DNA of 40,845 nucleotides from an uncultured Gemmatimonadota bacterium (GTDB lineage Bacteria > GCA-2686955), in contig CAZBBK010000054.1 in NCBI GenBank assembly GCA_964490075.1, forward strand, positions 1-40,845, written 5' to 3'. A program made the translations under genes and the position numbers. This document shows, one piece after another, positions 8,162 through 17,888 of the stretch (its first letter is position 1; the number at the start of each line of letters is the position of its first letter). The notes below the pieces were generated by a model, which saw only the letters and a list, made by a program, of their open reading frames with translations, made no database searches and was not told where the DNA came from.

Positions 8162-9601
8162 ATGCCCAACCCCGCCTCCGCTCCGAGGCGCCGCCCCGGG
8201 TTCTCGAGCCCGGCGCTGCGTCCTCTCCTGGTCCCTGTGGCTCTGTCTCTGGTCCTGCCCATGCCCGCCCTCGCCAACCCTCTCCAGGTCGATGGCCGCC
8301 AGATCGTCGATGCATCCGGTCGCCAGGTCATCCTCCGTGGCGTCAATGTTTCCGGTGCCGCGAAGACCCCGCCCTTTCTGCCGCTGACCGAGACCCACTG
8401 GTTCGACAATCTGCGGGCGTGGGGCTTCAACCTGGTGCGATTGCTGCTCTCGTGGGAGGCGCTCGAGCCGCGACCCGGGGTCTACCGGGAGGAGTACCTG
8501 GACGCGATCGCGGCACTGGTCGATGGCGCGGCGGCACGTGGGCTCCACGTGGTGCTCGATATGCATCAGGATCTCTACGCCCGCCCCTTCGGCGGCGACG
8601 GCGCGCCCTCCTGGGCGATTCCCTCCGACGTCGACTGGCGTGGCTTCGAGCCGAAGCGGATCTGGCCCCTGAACTACGCCACGCCCGAGGTCACGCGCTG
8701 CTTCGAGGCCTTCTGGGCCGACGAGGACGGGATGCAGAGCGCCTACCTGGATGCGTGGAAACAGGTGGCGGCGCGGCTCGCCGGCCATCCGGCGCTGATC
8801 GGCTACGACCCGATCAACGAGCCCTGGGTCGGTTTTCTCGGCGCCCGCCACGCCGACCGCGATCTGTTGCAACCCTTCTACGACCGCTTCCACGCCGACG
8901 TGCGCGCGGCGCTCGATCCCGACGCGATCCTCTTTCTGGAGCCCAACGGCTGGACCGTCTCCGGCTCGCTGGCACCCTCGTTCCGTCCTTTCGACTACGA
9001 AAATGTGGTGCTGAATGTGCACTGGTACGACACCTTGCCGATGGCGACCGGGGTCTACTCGCCGCTGGGACGCTGGCGCTCGGCGATCGCCTTCGCGCGC
9101 ATCGACCGCTGGGGAGCGCGGCTGGGGCTGCCGGTGTGGGTGTCGGAGTTCGGGATCGGCTTCGATGCGCTCGGCCGCGCCGCCTATCTGAACGACCAGT
9201 ACGAGCTGCTCGATGCGCACCGGTTCCACTCGGCGCAGTGGGAGTACGAGCCGGGCTGGGCCGATCGCGGCCTGTGGAACGGCGAGGACATGTCGATCCT
9301 CGACGAGAACGACGAGCCGCGCAACCTCGAGCAGATCGTGCGGCCCTTTCCCAGAGCCGTCCCCGGGCGCCTCTTACGCGTCAAGTTCCGTCGCTGGAAC
9401 CGGCGCTTCCTATTGCGCTACGAATCCGACGGCAGCGGCAGCGGCGAAGCCGAGATCTTCGTCGCCGCCGAGATCCAGTACCCGGACGGCTTCGAGGTCC
9501 GTGTGTCGGACGGCACCTGGGACTACTCGCCCGAAGACGGCATGTTGCGTCACTATCCGGCCGCGGGTGTCTTCGAGCACGAGGTGGTTCTGCACCGCTG
9601 A
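8162..9601 (+). CDS. Secreted GH5 glycoside hydrolase, endoglycoceramidase-like
   Basis: Signal peptide; GRQVILRGVN, GFNLVRL, DMHQD, INEP (acid/base), SEFG (nucleophile); C-terminal RPFPRAVPG beta domain. Confidence 0.88.
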   Translation: MPNPASAPRRRPGFSSPALRPLLVPVALSLVLPMPALANPLQVDGRQIVDASGRQVILRGVNVSGAAKTPPFLPLTETHWFDNLRAWGFNLVRLLLSWEALEPRPGVYREEYLDAIAALVDGAAARGLHVVLDMHQDLYARPFGGDGAPSWAIPSDVDWRGFEPKRIWPLNYATPEVTRCFEAFWADEDGMQSAYLDAWKQVAARLAGHPALIGYDPINEPWVGFLGARHADRDLLQPFYDRFHADVRAALDPDAILFLEPNGWTVSGSLAPSFRPFDYENVVLNVHWYDTLPMATGVYSPLGRWRSAIAFARIDRWGARLGLPVWVSEFGIGFDALGRAAYLNDQYELLDAHRFHSAQWEYEPGWADRGLWNGEDMSILDENDEPRNLEQIVRPFPRAVPGRLLRVKFRRWNRRFLLRYESDGSGSGEAEIFVAAEIQYPDGFEVRVSDGTWDYSPEDGMLRHYPAAGVFEHEVVLHR

Positions 9602-9607
9602 GCACGC

Positions 9608-10375
9608 TCAGCGCAACGAGGCCACCGCCCCCAGGTAGCGCCCCGGCTCCCGGTCCAGCACCCCGAGCCTTCTGAGCGCCCCCTTCAGCCACGCGCGTCC
9701 CCCGGCGCCGATCCACCGGAAGGGGACCAGCCCCTCCCAGCGCCGCGCCGGCTCCGGGCGATACACCGCCATCCGCACCGGCTCCATCTCCTGGTGCCGC
9801 AGCAGCGCCGCCAGCGAGCGCTCCGAGAATGAGTGCAGATGCCCGTCGACCGGGAACTCCCCGTGGCAATGGGGGCAGATCACGCGGGCGATCCGCTGCT
9901 CGAAGGGCACCGTCACCACCAGCTCTCCGCCACGGCCCACGCGCCCTACCTCTTGCAGCGCCCTTCCCACCTCCTCGACGTGCTCCAGCACCTCGACCAT
10001 CGTCACCCGGTCGAAGCTTCCCTCCCGAAAAGGCAACGCCTCGGCCCGCGCGCAGACCGCCGGACCGCCGGCGCGCGCACCCGAGCGCGCGGCCCGCTCC
10101 GCCACCAGGTCGACACAGACCACCCGCGATCGCGGCCGTCGCGCCATGCACCCGGCGAGGTGTCCGTCCCCCGACCCCAACTCCAACACCCTGCCCAGCG
10201 CCCCCTCGGGCAGCAGCGACTCGGCGAACGCACAGCGCTCCGCCTCGGCCGGATCGTCTTCCGGCACGAATCGCCGGCGCCGCGCCTCCACCCGGTAGTA
10301 GCCGCCCCAGTCCGGGCCCCCTGCGGCCTCGGAGACTCCCGGTGCGCCCGGATCGCTTTGCATCGTCTGGCTCAT
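9608..10375 (-). CDS. Class I SAM-dependent methyltransferase with CxxC insert
   Basis: LELGSGDG motif I, ALPFREGSFD, EVLEH, CPHC..GHLHSF. Confidence 0.85.
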   Translation of the reverse strand: MSQTMQSDPGAPGVSEAAGGPDWGGYYRVEARRRRFVPEDDPAEAERCAFAESLLPEGALGRVLELGSGDGHLAGCMARRPRSRVVCVDLVAERAARSGARAGGPAVCARAEALPFREGSFDRVTMVEVLEHVEEVGRALQEVGRVGRGGELVVTVPFEQRIARVICPHCHGEFPVDGHLHSFSERSLAALLRHQEMEPVRMAVYRPEPARRWEGLVPFRWIGAGGRAWLKGALRRLGVLDREPGRYLGAVASLR

Positions 10376-10427
10376 CCCTATCCCAGATCGACCGGCGGCC
10401 ACCTGGCTTGAACCCGCCCTGGGTGAG

Positions 10428-10633
10428 CCGCACCCCGTCACATCTCCCCACTCTCGATCGAGAGTGGGGAGCCATGACGCAAATCCGGTCATCGCTGCGC
10501 GTTCATCGCGATGAACGGCGAGTCATGACCGATATAGCGTCGTAACTCCGCACTCTCGATCGAGAGTGGTGAATTGTGGCGGGAAATGCCGTCATATCTC
10601 CCCGCTCCGACGATGGAACGTAAGGTTGTGTCG
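10428..10633. repeat. Array of four ~51-bp palindromic units; 10428-10603 is an exact direct repeat of 11732-11907
   Basis: Unit anchors at 10437, 10488, 10539 and 10591. Palindromes CCCCACTCTCGATCGAGAGTGGGG and GTTCATCGCGATGAAC. Confidence 0.92.
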
Positions 10634-10670
10634 TGGCGCGACGGACTTCCGCCGTCTTCGCCCTCCGGGC

Positions 10671-11453
10671 TCACGCGCCCCGGGGGCGGCCCACGGCTTC
10701 CTCGATCGCCAGGCGAACGCGAAGCGCGCGTTCGAGCGCGGGATCGAGCGGAATGGCCTCGGCGCGGGCCATCTGGCGGTCGGATCGGCGCAGGACCCAG
10801 CCGAGCTCTCTTCTCGTGATGCCGGCGGCGCGTCCGACGCGGGCGGCGAGCGCCCGAGCAGCGACGGCGGGGGCCGCCTGGTCCGAGAGATCGGGGTCGG
10901 CGGCGAGCACGAAGGTGGCGGCGGCGACCACGCGGGATGCGCCGAGCTGGCGCACTTCGGCCGGCGGGAGGGGGCGCCGATCCTCTTTGCGCAGGCCGAC
11001 GATCCGGCACGCCTCCGGAAGGGAGAAGCGCGGCAAGGCGGAGGCGATGCGCAGGGTGAGGCCGGGCAGCGCCCTCGCCCCGACGAGATCGGCGAAGCAG
11101 CTTCCGGTCCACAGCGCGTGATGCTCCGCGAGGCGATGGCGCGCGGGCTGCTCGAGCAGATACCGCACCAGCCATTGCATGTGGTGGCGCGAGTCCACCG
11201 GTTTGGTGAAGCTGCGCTCGAGCGGCACGGCGGCGAGGCGGCGCAGCGTTCGGGACAGGCCCCGCGCGCGCACCGTGGTGAGGGCACGCTCGCAGAAGAG
11301 CACGATGTGCGCGTGGTCGTCCACCAGGCAGAAGAGCACGAGCTCGCCGCCGGCGATCCGTGCCAGCGTGTGCAGGGCGGCGCGACGCCGGGCCTCGGTC
11401 GGGAACATCGGATGGCGGCCATCCGACGACAGTCTGATGTGCCACGGTTGCAT
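10671..11453 (-). mobile_element. RAYT/TnpA-REP-like HUH (Y1) transposase with C-terminal HTH-like extension, copy 1 (260 aa)
   Basis: FCLVDDHAHIV (HUH), VRYLLEQP (catalytic Tyr; family consensus YIxxNP), LWTGS. Flanked by palindrome arrays. Confidence 0.8.
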
Positions 11454-11731
11454 GGGACCGGGTGCGCGCAAGGCCCGTGCCGGGCCCTCGCGGCAGCGCG
11501 GAGCCCCAGACGCTGCGCCGATTCCGGTGCCGCGCGGCGGCTCGAGCGGGTGAGCTGGGCAAGAGCCGACCCCCGCGGCGCCCAGATTGACCCCTCGCGC
11601 CCGCTCCGCCGGCGCCTCCGCCGACACTTCCGCCGCGTTCGCCGCGCTCTGCCCTCGCGCCGGCCGTCCCCCGCGCCGGGCTCCCCACACCGACACCCCT
11701 CCCCACCCGCCCTTCCGACCCGCAAGAGCCA

Positions 11732-11937
11732 CCGCACCCCGTCACATCTCCCCACTCTCGATCGAGAGTGGGGAGCCATGACGCAAATCCGGTCATCGCT
11801 GCGCGTTCATCGCGATGAACGGCGAGTCATGACCGATATAGCGTCGTAACTCCGCACTCTCGATCGAGAGTGGTGAATTGTGGCGGGAAATGCCGTCATA
11901 TCTCCCCACTCCGGCCCCGGAACGCGATCTTGTGTCG
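11732..11937. repeat. Second copy of the 51-bp palindromic array, upstream of RAYT copy 1
   Basis: 176 bp identical to 10428-10603 at offset 1304; the fourth unit then diverges. Confidence 0.92.
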
Positions 11938-11970
11938 GAGATCGCCGCCGCCCCCGCGCTCCGCCGGTGC

Positions 11971-13122
11971 TCAGCCCCCGCCTGCGCCCCCGCCTGCCCC
12001 AGTCCCCGCGTGCTCCTCTTCCGCCAACCGTTCCAGCACCCCGAGCCCCCGCTCCAACTGCTCCATGCTGGTCGCGAAGCTCAGCCGAAAGTGCGTGCTG
12101 CGGCGGCTGAAGCTGCTGCCCGGCACCACGATCAGCTTCTCCTCCAGCGCCCGCTCGCAGAAGCTCATGTCGTCGCCCCAGGGCACCCGCGGAAAGGCGA
12201 AGAACGAGCCCCCCGGGGTCGCCAGCTCGTAGCCCGCCCCGCGCAGCCTCGCCACCACCAGGTCGCGTTTCCGCCGGTAGTCGTCCACCTCGGCGCTCAT
12301 GTCGACGTCGAAGGCCGCCAGCGCACCGCGCTGCACCAGCGTCGGCGGGCAGGCGTAGAGAAACTGTTGCAGGGTCCGCATCCGGTCGATCAGCTCCGCG
12401 TGCCCCGCCGCCCAGCCGAGCCGCCACCCCGCCATCCCAAAGCTCTTGGAGAAGCCGCCGACCAAGAGCGACCCCTCGCCGAGCAGAGGCTTGATCCCCA
12501 CGTGCGGGCCGTCGTAGACGAAGTCCTCGTAGAGCTCGTCGCTCAGCACCGGCACCCCGCGCTCGCCGCAGAGCTCGGCCACCGCCCGCAGCTCCTCCGC
12601 CCCGTGCACCGCCCCGGTCGGATTGGCCGGACTGTTGAGGATCACCAGCTTGGTCGAAGCGCCCAGGAGCGGCGCCAGGTCGGCGGCGCGCAGCCGAAAG
12701 TCGGGGTAGAGGTCGTAGGGGACCGGCACACCGCCGACGATGCCGACCAGCTCGTGGTAGATCACGAACCAGGGATCGGGCACCAGCACCTCGTCGCCCG
12801 GGTCGACCAGCGCCAGCAGCGCCAGCGTGATCGCGCCCGACGCCCCGCAGGTCATCATCACCGCCTCGTCGGCTCCCAGCCGATGGCGCTCCACCAGCCG
12901 CGCGCGCGTCGCCGCCACCAGCTCGTCGAAACCCTGCGTCGCGCTGTAGCGACCGCAGCCCTGGTCGATCGCCGCGCGCGTCGCCGCCCGGATCGGCTCC
13001 GGCACGTCGAAATCCGCCTGTCCGATCGACAGGTCGATCGCGTCCGGAATGCGCCGCCCCTTGTCGAAGAACTCGCGCACCCCCGAGGCCCGGATCCTGC
13101 GGTTTCTGTCGGCGAGCTGCAT
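11971..13122 (-). CDS. PLP-dependent class I/II aminotransferase (candidate aromatic amino acid aminotransferase)
   Basis: LSIGQADF, NSPANPTG, SDELY, GFSKSFGMAGWRLG. Divergent from the ior operon; substrate inferred from context only. Confidence 0.9.
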   Translation of the reverse strand: MQLADRNRRIRASGVREFFDKGRRIPDAIDLSIGQADFDVPEPIRAATRAAIDQGCGRYSATQGFDELVAATRARLVERHRLGADEAVMMTCGASGAITLALLALVDPGDEVLVPDPWFVIYHELVGIVGGVPVPYDLYPDFRLRAADLAPLLGASTKLVILNSPANPTGAVHGAEELRAVAELCGERGVPVLSDELYEDFVYDGPHVGIKPLLGEGSLLVGGFSKSFGMAGWRLGWAAGHAELIDRMRTLQQFLYACPPTLVQRGALAAFDVDMSAEVDDYRRKRDLVVARLRGAGYELATPGGSFFAFPRVPWGDDMSFCERALEEKLIVVPGSSFSRRSTHFRLSFATSMEQLERGLGVLERLAEEEHAGTGAGGGAGGG

Positions 13123-13266
13123 CGCGGGTCGCGGCCTCGGCGCGGTTGTGGTGGTTGAAGGAGCGTCCCCGATACCCTAGCATTTCGGCACCCCGAAGCG
13201 CCCTCCCGGTCGCCCCCCCATTCCCCCGCGGCCGGGCCCTGGCGCCCCCGAAAACACGGAGGTCGC

Positions 13267-13761
13267 GTGGACCAGGTGCCGGTCGAGAAGAGGTTCTCCG
13301 TCCTCTGCGAAATCACCCGCGCCCAGCACTTCGCCTGGCGCGAGGCGGTGCGCGAGTGCTGCCCAGACACCGAGATCGGCGCCGTGATCGAGCGCATGTG
13401 GCGCATCACCGGCGAGCAGACCGCCCGCGCCTACCTGAAGCGCCTCGATCCCGACCGCCCCCTCGCCCCGCAAGTCGCCCGCAGCATCGCCTGGTCCAGC
13501 CAGTGCATGGGCGAGGATGCCGCCGTCGAGATCGAGGGCGACCAGGCCCGGGTCCGCCACCGGGCCTGTCCCTGGGTCGACTGGCACCGCAAGCTCGGCC
13601 TGCTCGACGAGGACCGCCCCGGCTGCGACGCCTGGTTCGAGAGCATGACCCGCCTGATCAACCGCGAGCTCGGCACCCGGCTGCGCTTCGAGACCGCCGC
13701 CAGCCTGCCCGAGGGCGGCGACTGCTGCCTGCGCCGTCTCTGGGTCGATGAGGACGAGTAG
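13267..13761 (+). CDS. Small Cys-containing protein (V4R / ATC-hydrolase-like)
   Basis: HRACPW..RPGC..SLPEGGDCC pattern; first gene of the operon; GTG start after GGAGG. Confidence 0.6.
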   Translation: MDQVPVEKRFSVLCEITRAQHFAWREAVRECCPDTEIGAVIERMWRITGEQTARAYLKRLDPDRPLAPQVARSIAWSSQCMGEDAAVEIEGDQARVRHRACPWVDWHRKLGLLDEDRPGCDAWFESMTRLINRELGTRLRFETAASLPEGGDCCLRRLWVDEDE

Positions 13762-13776
13762 TCGGGGCGGCGCTCC

Positions 13777-16700
13777 ATGACGAGCGCTCCGCCCGAACCG
13801 GCGCCGGAGCCCGCGCCCCGCGATCCCCTGCTCGACGACCGGGCCGACCTGGTCGCCGCCCTGCTCGGCAACGAAGCGATCGTGCGCGGTGCCCTCGAGG
13901 CCGGCGTCGGCTTCGCCTCCGGCTACCCCGGCACCCCCTCCTCCGAAGTCACCGACTCGCTGGCGCGCGTCGCCGCCGAGCGCGGCATCGTCTTCGAATA
14001 CTCCATCAACGAGAAGATCGCCCTCGAGACCGCCTTCGCCGCCTCGCTGGCCGGCACCCGCGCCATCTGCGCCATGAAGCACCTCGGCCTGATGGTCGCC
14101 GGCGACCCCCTGTCGACCATCCCCTACGTCGGCGTGCGCGGCGGCCTGGTGATCGTCAGCGCCGCCGATCCCTCCTGCCTGACCAGTCCCAACGAGCAGG
14201 ACCAGCGCCACCTCGGCCCGATGCTGCACCTGCCGGTGCTCGACCCCTCCACCCCCCAGGAGGCGCGCGACCTCACCCTGCTCGCCTTCGACCTCTCCGA
14301 GGCCAGCCGCCTCCCCGTGCTGCTGCGCATCACCACCCGCGCCGCCCACAGCCGCGCCGCCGTGCGCTGCGGCCCCCTGCGCCTCCCCCGCGTCGCCGGA
14401 TTCGCCCGCGATCCCGCCGCCCTCACCCCGATCCCGATCAACGCCCGCCGCATGCGCCTCGAGATCCCGGTCCGCCTCGAGCGCGCGCGCGACCTCATGG
14501 CCGACGCCGGCCTCTTCCAGCGTCGCGGCACCGGCCCACACGCCATCATCGCCGCCGGCGTCCCCGCCGCCACCACCGCCGACCTGCTCGACGAGCACGG
14601 TGCCGTCGGCGAGGTCGTGCTGGCCACGTTGCGCGGGCTGCATCCCCTCCCGGAGAAGGAGTTGGGAGATTTGTTGGACGAGGTCGATGAGATCCTGGTG
14701 GTCGAGGAGCTCTCGCCTTATCTGGAGGACGCGCTGGCTGCCCTGGCGGGCAGGCGCTGCGCCCAGGTGCGGATCCTCGGGAAGCGCACCGATCACCTTC
14801 CCACCCCTTTCGAGTACCAGCCCCACATCATCCAGGCCGCGCTCCACGCCGCCTGGGGCCTGGTGCCCGAGCCGGCCCCGGCCGAGGCGCCCCTCGAGCT
14901 GGCCCCGCGCCCCCCCTCCCTCTGTCCCGGCTGCCCGCACCGCTCCACCTACTTCGCCGCCAAAGTCGCCTTCGACGGCGACGACCAGCACCTCTACTTC
15001 AACGACATCGGCTGCTACACCCTCGGCTACGGCGCACCGCTGCAGACCGTCGACGCCCTGCTCTGCATGGGTGCCGGCTTCACCCTGGCGGCTGGCGTGG
15101 CGCGCGTCAGCGGCCGGCGCAGCGTCGGCTTCATGGGCGACTCGACCTTCTTCCACTCCGGCATGCCGGCGCTTCTCGACGCCGTCAAAGAGGGGGTGGG
15201 GATGGTGGCGGTGATCCTCGACAACCAGGTCACCGCCATGACCGGCTTCCAGGAGAGCCCGACGGTGCGGCAGCGCGAGGGGCGCAGCGAGCGCGACGTC
15301 GACATCGCCGGCGTGGTGCGCGCGCTGGGCGCCGAGCAGGTCGAGGTGATCGATCCGACCAACCTGTCGGCGTCGATCCGCGCCTTCGAGCGGGCTCGCG
15401 ACGCGCGCGGATTGAGCGTGGTGATCGCCCAGGCGCCCTGCCCCGTTCACCAGGCGCGCGAGCGCGGCGGCGGCGCGGCGGCCCGGGTCTTCGAAGTCGA
15501 CCAGGAGCGCTGCCGGAGCTGCGGTCGCGAGGGTTGCGGCATGCGCTGCGATCAGCCGCCCACGCCCGGTCTGGAGCGCCAGCTGGCGCGCGGCCAGGCG
15601 CTGCAAGTCGATCCGGCGCTGGGCGCGAGCGCGCTGCGCGAGGCCGAGCCGCTGGAGCGCGCCGGTGTCGCCCCCTGCGCTACCCGCTGCCCCCTTAGCC
15701 TGTGCGTGCAGGGTTACGCCGGTCATATCGCCGCCGGGCAGCTGCGCGAGGCCTTCGAGCTGATCATGAGCCGCTGCCCCTTGCCCGACTCGGTCTGCCG
15801 GGTCTGCCACCGTCCCTGCGAGGCGGCTTGCGTGCACGCCGAAGTGGGCGAGCCGGTCGCCATCAACGACCTCAAGCGTTTCGTCATGGACTGGGCCGCG
15901 GATCGCGACGACTGCGCCTACCAGCCGGAAACCGAGCCGGAGCACGGGCGCGCCGTGGCCGTCGTCGGCGCCGGCCCGGCCGGTCTGGCCGCCGCCCACG
16001 ACCTGCGCCTGCGCGGCTACGAGGTGCGGCTCTTCGACGCCGCCGCCGAGCCCGGGGGCCTGCTGCGCAGCGGCATTCCGGCCTTTCGCCTGCCGCGCGC
16101 GGCGCTGCGCCGCGATGTGGCGCGCATCCTCGGTCTCGGCGTGGAGTTCGAGGGGGGGCGCCGGCTCGGCGACGACCTGCAGCCGGCCGAGCTGCTGGAG
16201 GCGGGCCACGAGGCGATCTTCCTGGCGCTCGGCGCGCACCGCTCGTCGCGTCTCGAGCTGGAGGGCGCGGACTGCGCCGAGGCGCCCGTCGTCGTCGATG
16301 CCCTCGACTACCTCGCGCAAGGAGCGGCCGCGCTTCCGGGGGCCGCGGCGGCGGCGCGGGTGGTCGTCATCGGCGGCGGCAACGCCGCGGTGGACGCGGC
16401 GCGCTGCGCGCGCCGTGCCGGTGCCGAGCAGGTGCGGATCGTCTACCGGCGGCGCCGCCACGAGATGCCGGCCCTCCCCGACGAGATCGACGCGGCGCTG
16501 ATCGAGGGGGTCGAGATCATGGCCCAGCTCCAGCCGCGCGAGCTGGGGACGCGGCGGCTCTGGTGCATGCGCACCGAGCCGGGGGTCGAGGACGCCAGCG
16601 GCCGCGCCACACCGCGCGTGGTGCCGGGCGGCGAGATCCGCGTCGAGGCCGACCTGGTCATCGTCGCCGCCGGTCAGAGTCCCGAGACCGCATCGCTGGC

Positions 16701-17274
16701 GGTCGGCGACGAGCCGCTGGAGCGCCATCCCGACGGCTCTTTGGTGGTCGACGAGATCTCGCTGGCCACCAGCCATCCGCGCATCTTCGCGGGCGGCGAC
16801 GTGGTGCGCGGCGAGCGCACGGTCACCGCCGCGATCGCACTGGGGCAGCGCGCCGCCTGGGGGATCGACCGGGCCCTGCGCGGATCCGAGGCCGCCGACC
16901 GCAGGCCGCCCCCGCTGCGCACCGGCGACGAGGGCGATTGGCCGCGTCCCGGGCCGCTGCGCTCGCGTTTCCTCCACGAGGGGGCGCGGGCGCGCCGCCG
17001 CCCGCCCGAGATCGCCCTCGAGGAGCGTCTCGCCGGCCAGGGCGAGGTGCACGGTGCGCTGGCCGCGGCGGCGGCCCGCGACGAAGCCGCGCGTTGCCAG
17101 GCCTGCGGGCGCTGCGGCAACTGCCGCGCCTGTCTCGATCTACTCGGCTGTCCGGCCTTCTACATGGAAGAGGGGCGGATCCAGATCGACCCGGGGCTGT
17201 GCAGCGGCTGCGCGGTCTGCGCCCAATTCTGCCCGGGCGGTGCCATCCGGCCGCGGGTGGAGCAGGGGTCGTGA
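13777..17274 (+). CDS. iorA: Indolepyruvate oxidoreductase alpha subunit with an inserted GltD-like FAD/NAD(P) module
   Basis: LLGNEAIVRGA, YPGTPSSE, NEKIALE, MKHLGL, CPGCPH, DIGCY, GDSTFFHSG. Then PCATRCP..VCRVCHRPCEAAC, GAGPAG, GGGNAAVD, FAGGD. Ends in a 2x[4Fe-4S] ferredoxin domain. Confidence 0.92.
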   Translation: MTSAPPEPAPEPAPRDPLLDDRADLVAALLGNEAIVRGALEAGVGFASGYPGTPSSEVTDSLARVAAERGIVFEYSINEKIALETAFAASLAGTRAICAMKHLGLMVAGDPLSTIPYVGVRGGLVIVSAADPSCLTSPNEQDQRHLGPMLHLPVLDPSTPQEARDLTLLAFDLSEASRLPVLLRITTRAAHSRAAVRCGPLRLPRVAGFARDPAALTPIPINARRMRLEIPVRLERARDLMADAGLFQRRGTGPHAIIAAGVPAATTADLLDEHGAVGEVVLATLRGLHPLPEKELGDLLDEVDEILVVEELSPYLEDALAALAGRRCAQVRILGKRTDHLPTPFEYQPHIIQAALHAAWGLVPEPAPAEAPLELAPRPPSLCPGCPHRSTYFAAKVAFDGDDQHLYFNDIGCYTLGYGAPLQTVDALLCMGAGFTLAAGVARVSGRRSVGFMGDSTFFHSGMPALLDAVKEGVGMVAVILDNQVTAMTGFQESPTVRQREGRSERDVDIAGVVRALGAEQVEVIDPTNLSASIRAFERARDARGLSVVIAQAPCPVHQARERGGGAAARVFEVDQERCRSCGREGCGMRCDQPPTPGLERQLARGQALQVDPALGASALREAEPLERAGVAPCATRCPLSLCVQGYAGHIAAGQLREAFELIMSRCPLPDSVCRVCHRPCEAACVHAEVGEPVAINDLKRFVMDWAADRDDCAYQPETEPEHGRAVAVVGAGPAGLAAAHDLRLRGYEVRLFDAAAEPGGLLRSGIPAFRLPRAALRRDVARILGLGVEFEGGRRLGDDLQPAELLEAGHEAIFLALGAHRSSRLELEGADCAEAPVVVDALDYLAQGAAALPGAAAAARVVVIGGGNAAVDAARCARRAGAEQVRIVYRRRRHEMPALPDEIDAALIEGVEIMAQLQPRELGTRRLWCMRTEPGVEDASGRATPRVVPGGEIRVEADLVIVAAGQSPETASLAVGDEPLERHPDGSLVVDEISLATSHPRIFAGGDVVRGERTVTAAIALGQRAAWGIDRALRGSEAADRRPPPLRTGDEGDWPRPGPLRSRFLHEGARARRRPPEIALEERLAGQGEVHGALAAAAARDEAARCQACGRCGNCRACLDLLGCPAFYMEEGRIQIDPGLCSGCAVCAQFCPGGAIRPRVEQGS

Positions 17275-17888
17275 GCGGCGTGAGCGCGCCCAGTCGTTTC
17301 GCTTTGCTGGTGGTCGGGATCGGCGGCCAGGGAGTGCTCACGGTGTCGAGGTTGGTCGGCGAGGCGGCGATGGCCGGTGGGGTCGACGCGGTGCTGGGGC
17401 AGCTCCACGGCATGTCGCAGCGCGGCGGCAGCGTGCAGTCGAGCGTGCTGCTGGGACCCGGGCGGACCTCCTTCGTGGCGGCGGGCGGAGCGCGGGTGGT
17501 GCTCGGGCTCGAGCCTCTGGAGGTGGTGCGCGCCCTGCCGGCCATGGGCCCCGCCACGGTGGTGGTGACCAGCACCGGTCGCATCGTCCCCCACACCCTG
17601 ACCCAGCAAGGCCGCGACTACCCCGAGCTGGCGCCCCTGCTCGACGAGGTGCGGGACCGGGCCGCACGGCTGATCGAGCTTGATGCCCCGGCCCTGGCGC
17701 GCGCCGCCGGCACCGGCCGCGCCCTGAACAGCGTCATGCTCGGGGCCCTCGCCGGGCTCGAGGTCCTGCCGGCGGCGATCAGCGACGAGGCTCTCGTGGC
17801 GGCGATCGAGAGTCGCTTTCCACCCGGTTTCCGGGACATCAACCGGCGTGCTTTCGCGTTCGGCAGGGAGGCCGTGCTGGCGGCATGA
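17271..17888 (+). CDS. iorB: Indolepyruvate oxidoreductase beta subunit
   Basis: GIGGQGVL, HGMSQRGGSV, NSVMLGAL, INRRAF. GTG start overlaps the iorA stop. Confidence 0.93.
   Translation: MSGVSAPSRFALLVVGIGGQGVLTVSRLVGEAAMAGGVDAVLGQLHGMSQRGGSVQSSVLLGPGRTSFVAAGGARVVLGLEPLEVVRALPAMGPATVVVTSTGRIVPHTLTQQGRDYPELAPLLDEVRDRAARLIELDAPALARAAGTGRALNSVMLGALAGLEVLPAAISDEALVAAIESRFPPGFRDINRRAFAFGREAVLAA

Noticed and set aside
8162-10375. GH5 and methyltransferase as CRISPR ancillary genes
   Set aside because: A secreted hydrolase and a convergent methyltransferase with no sensor domains; a hairpin separates them from csb2.
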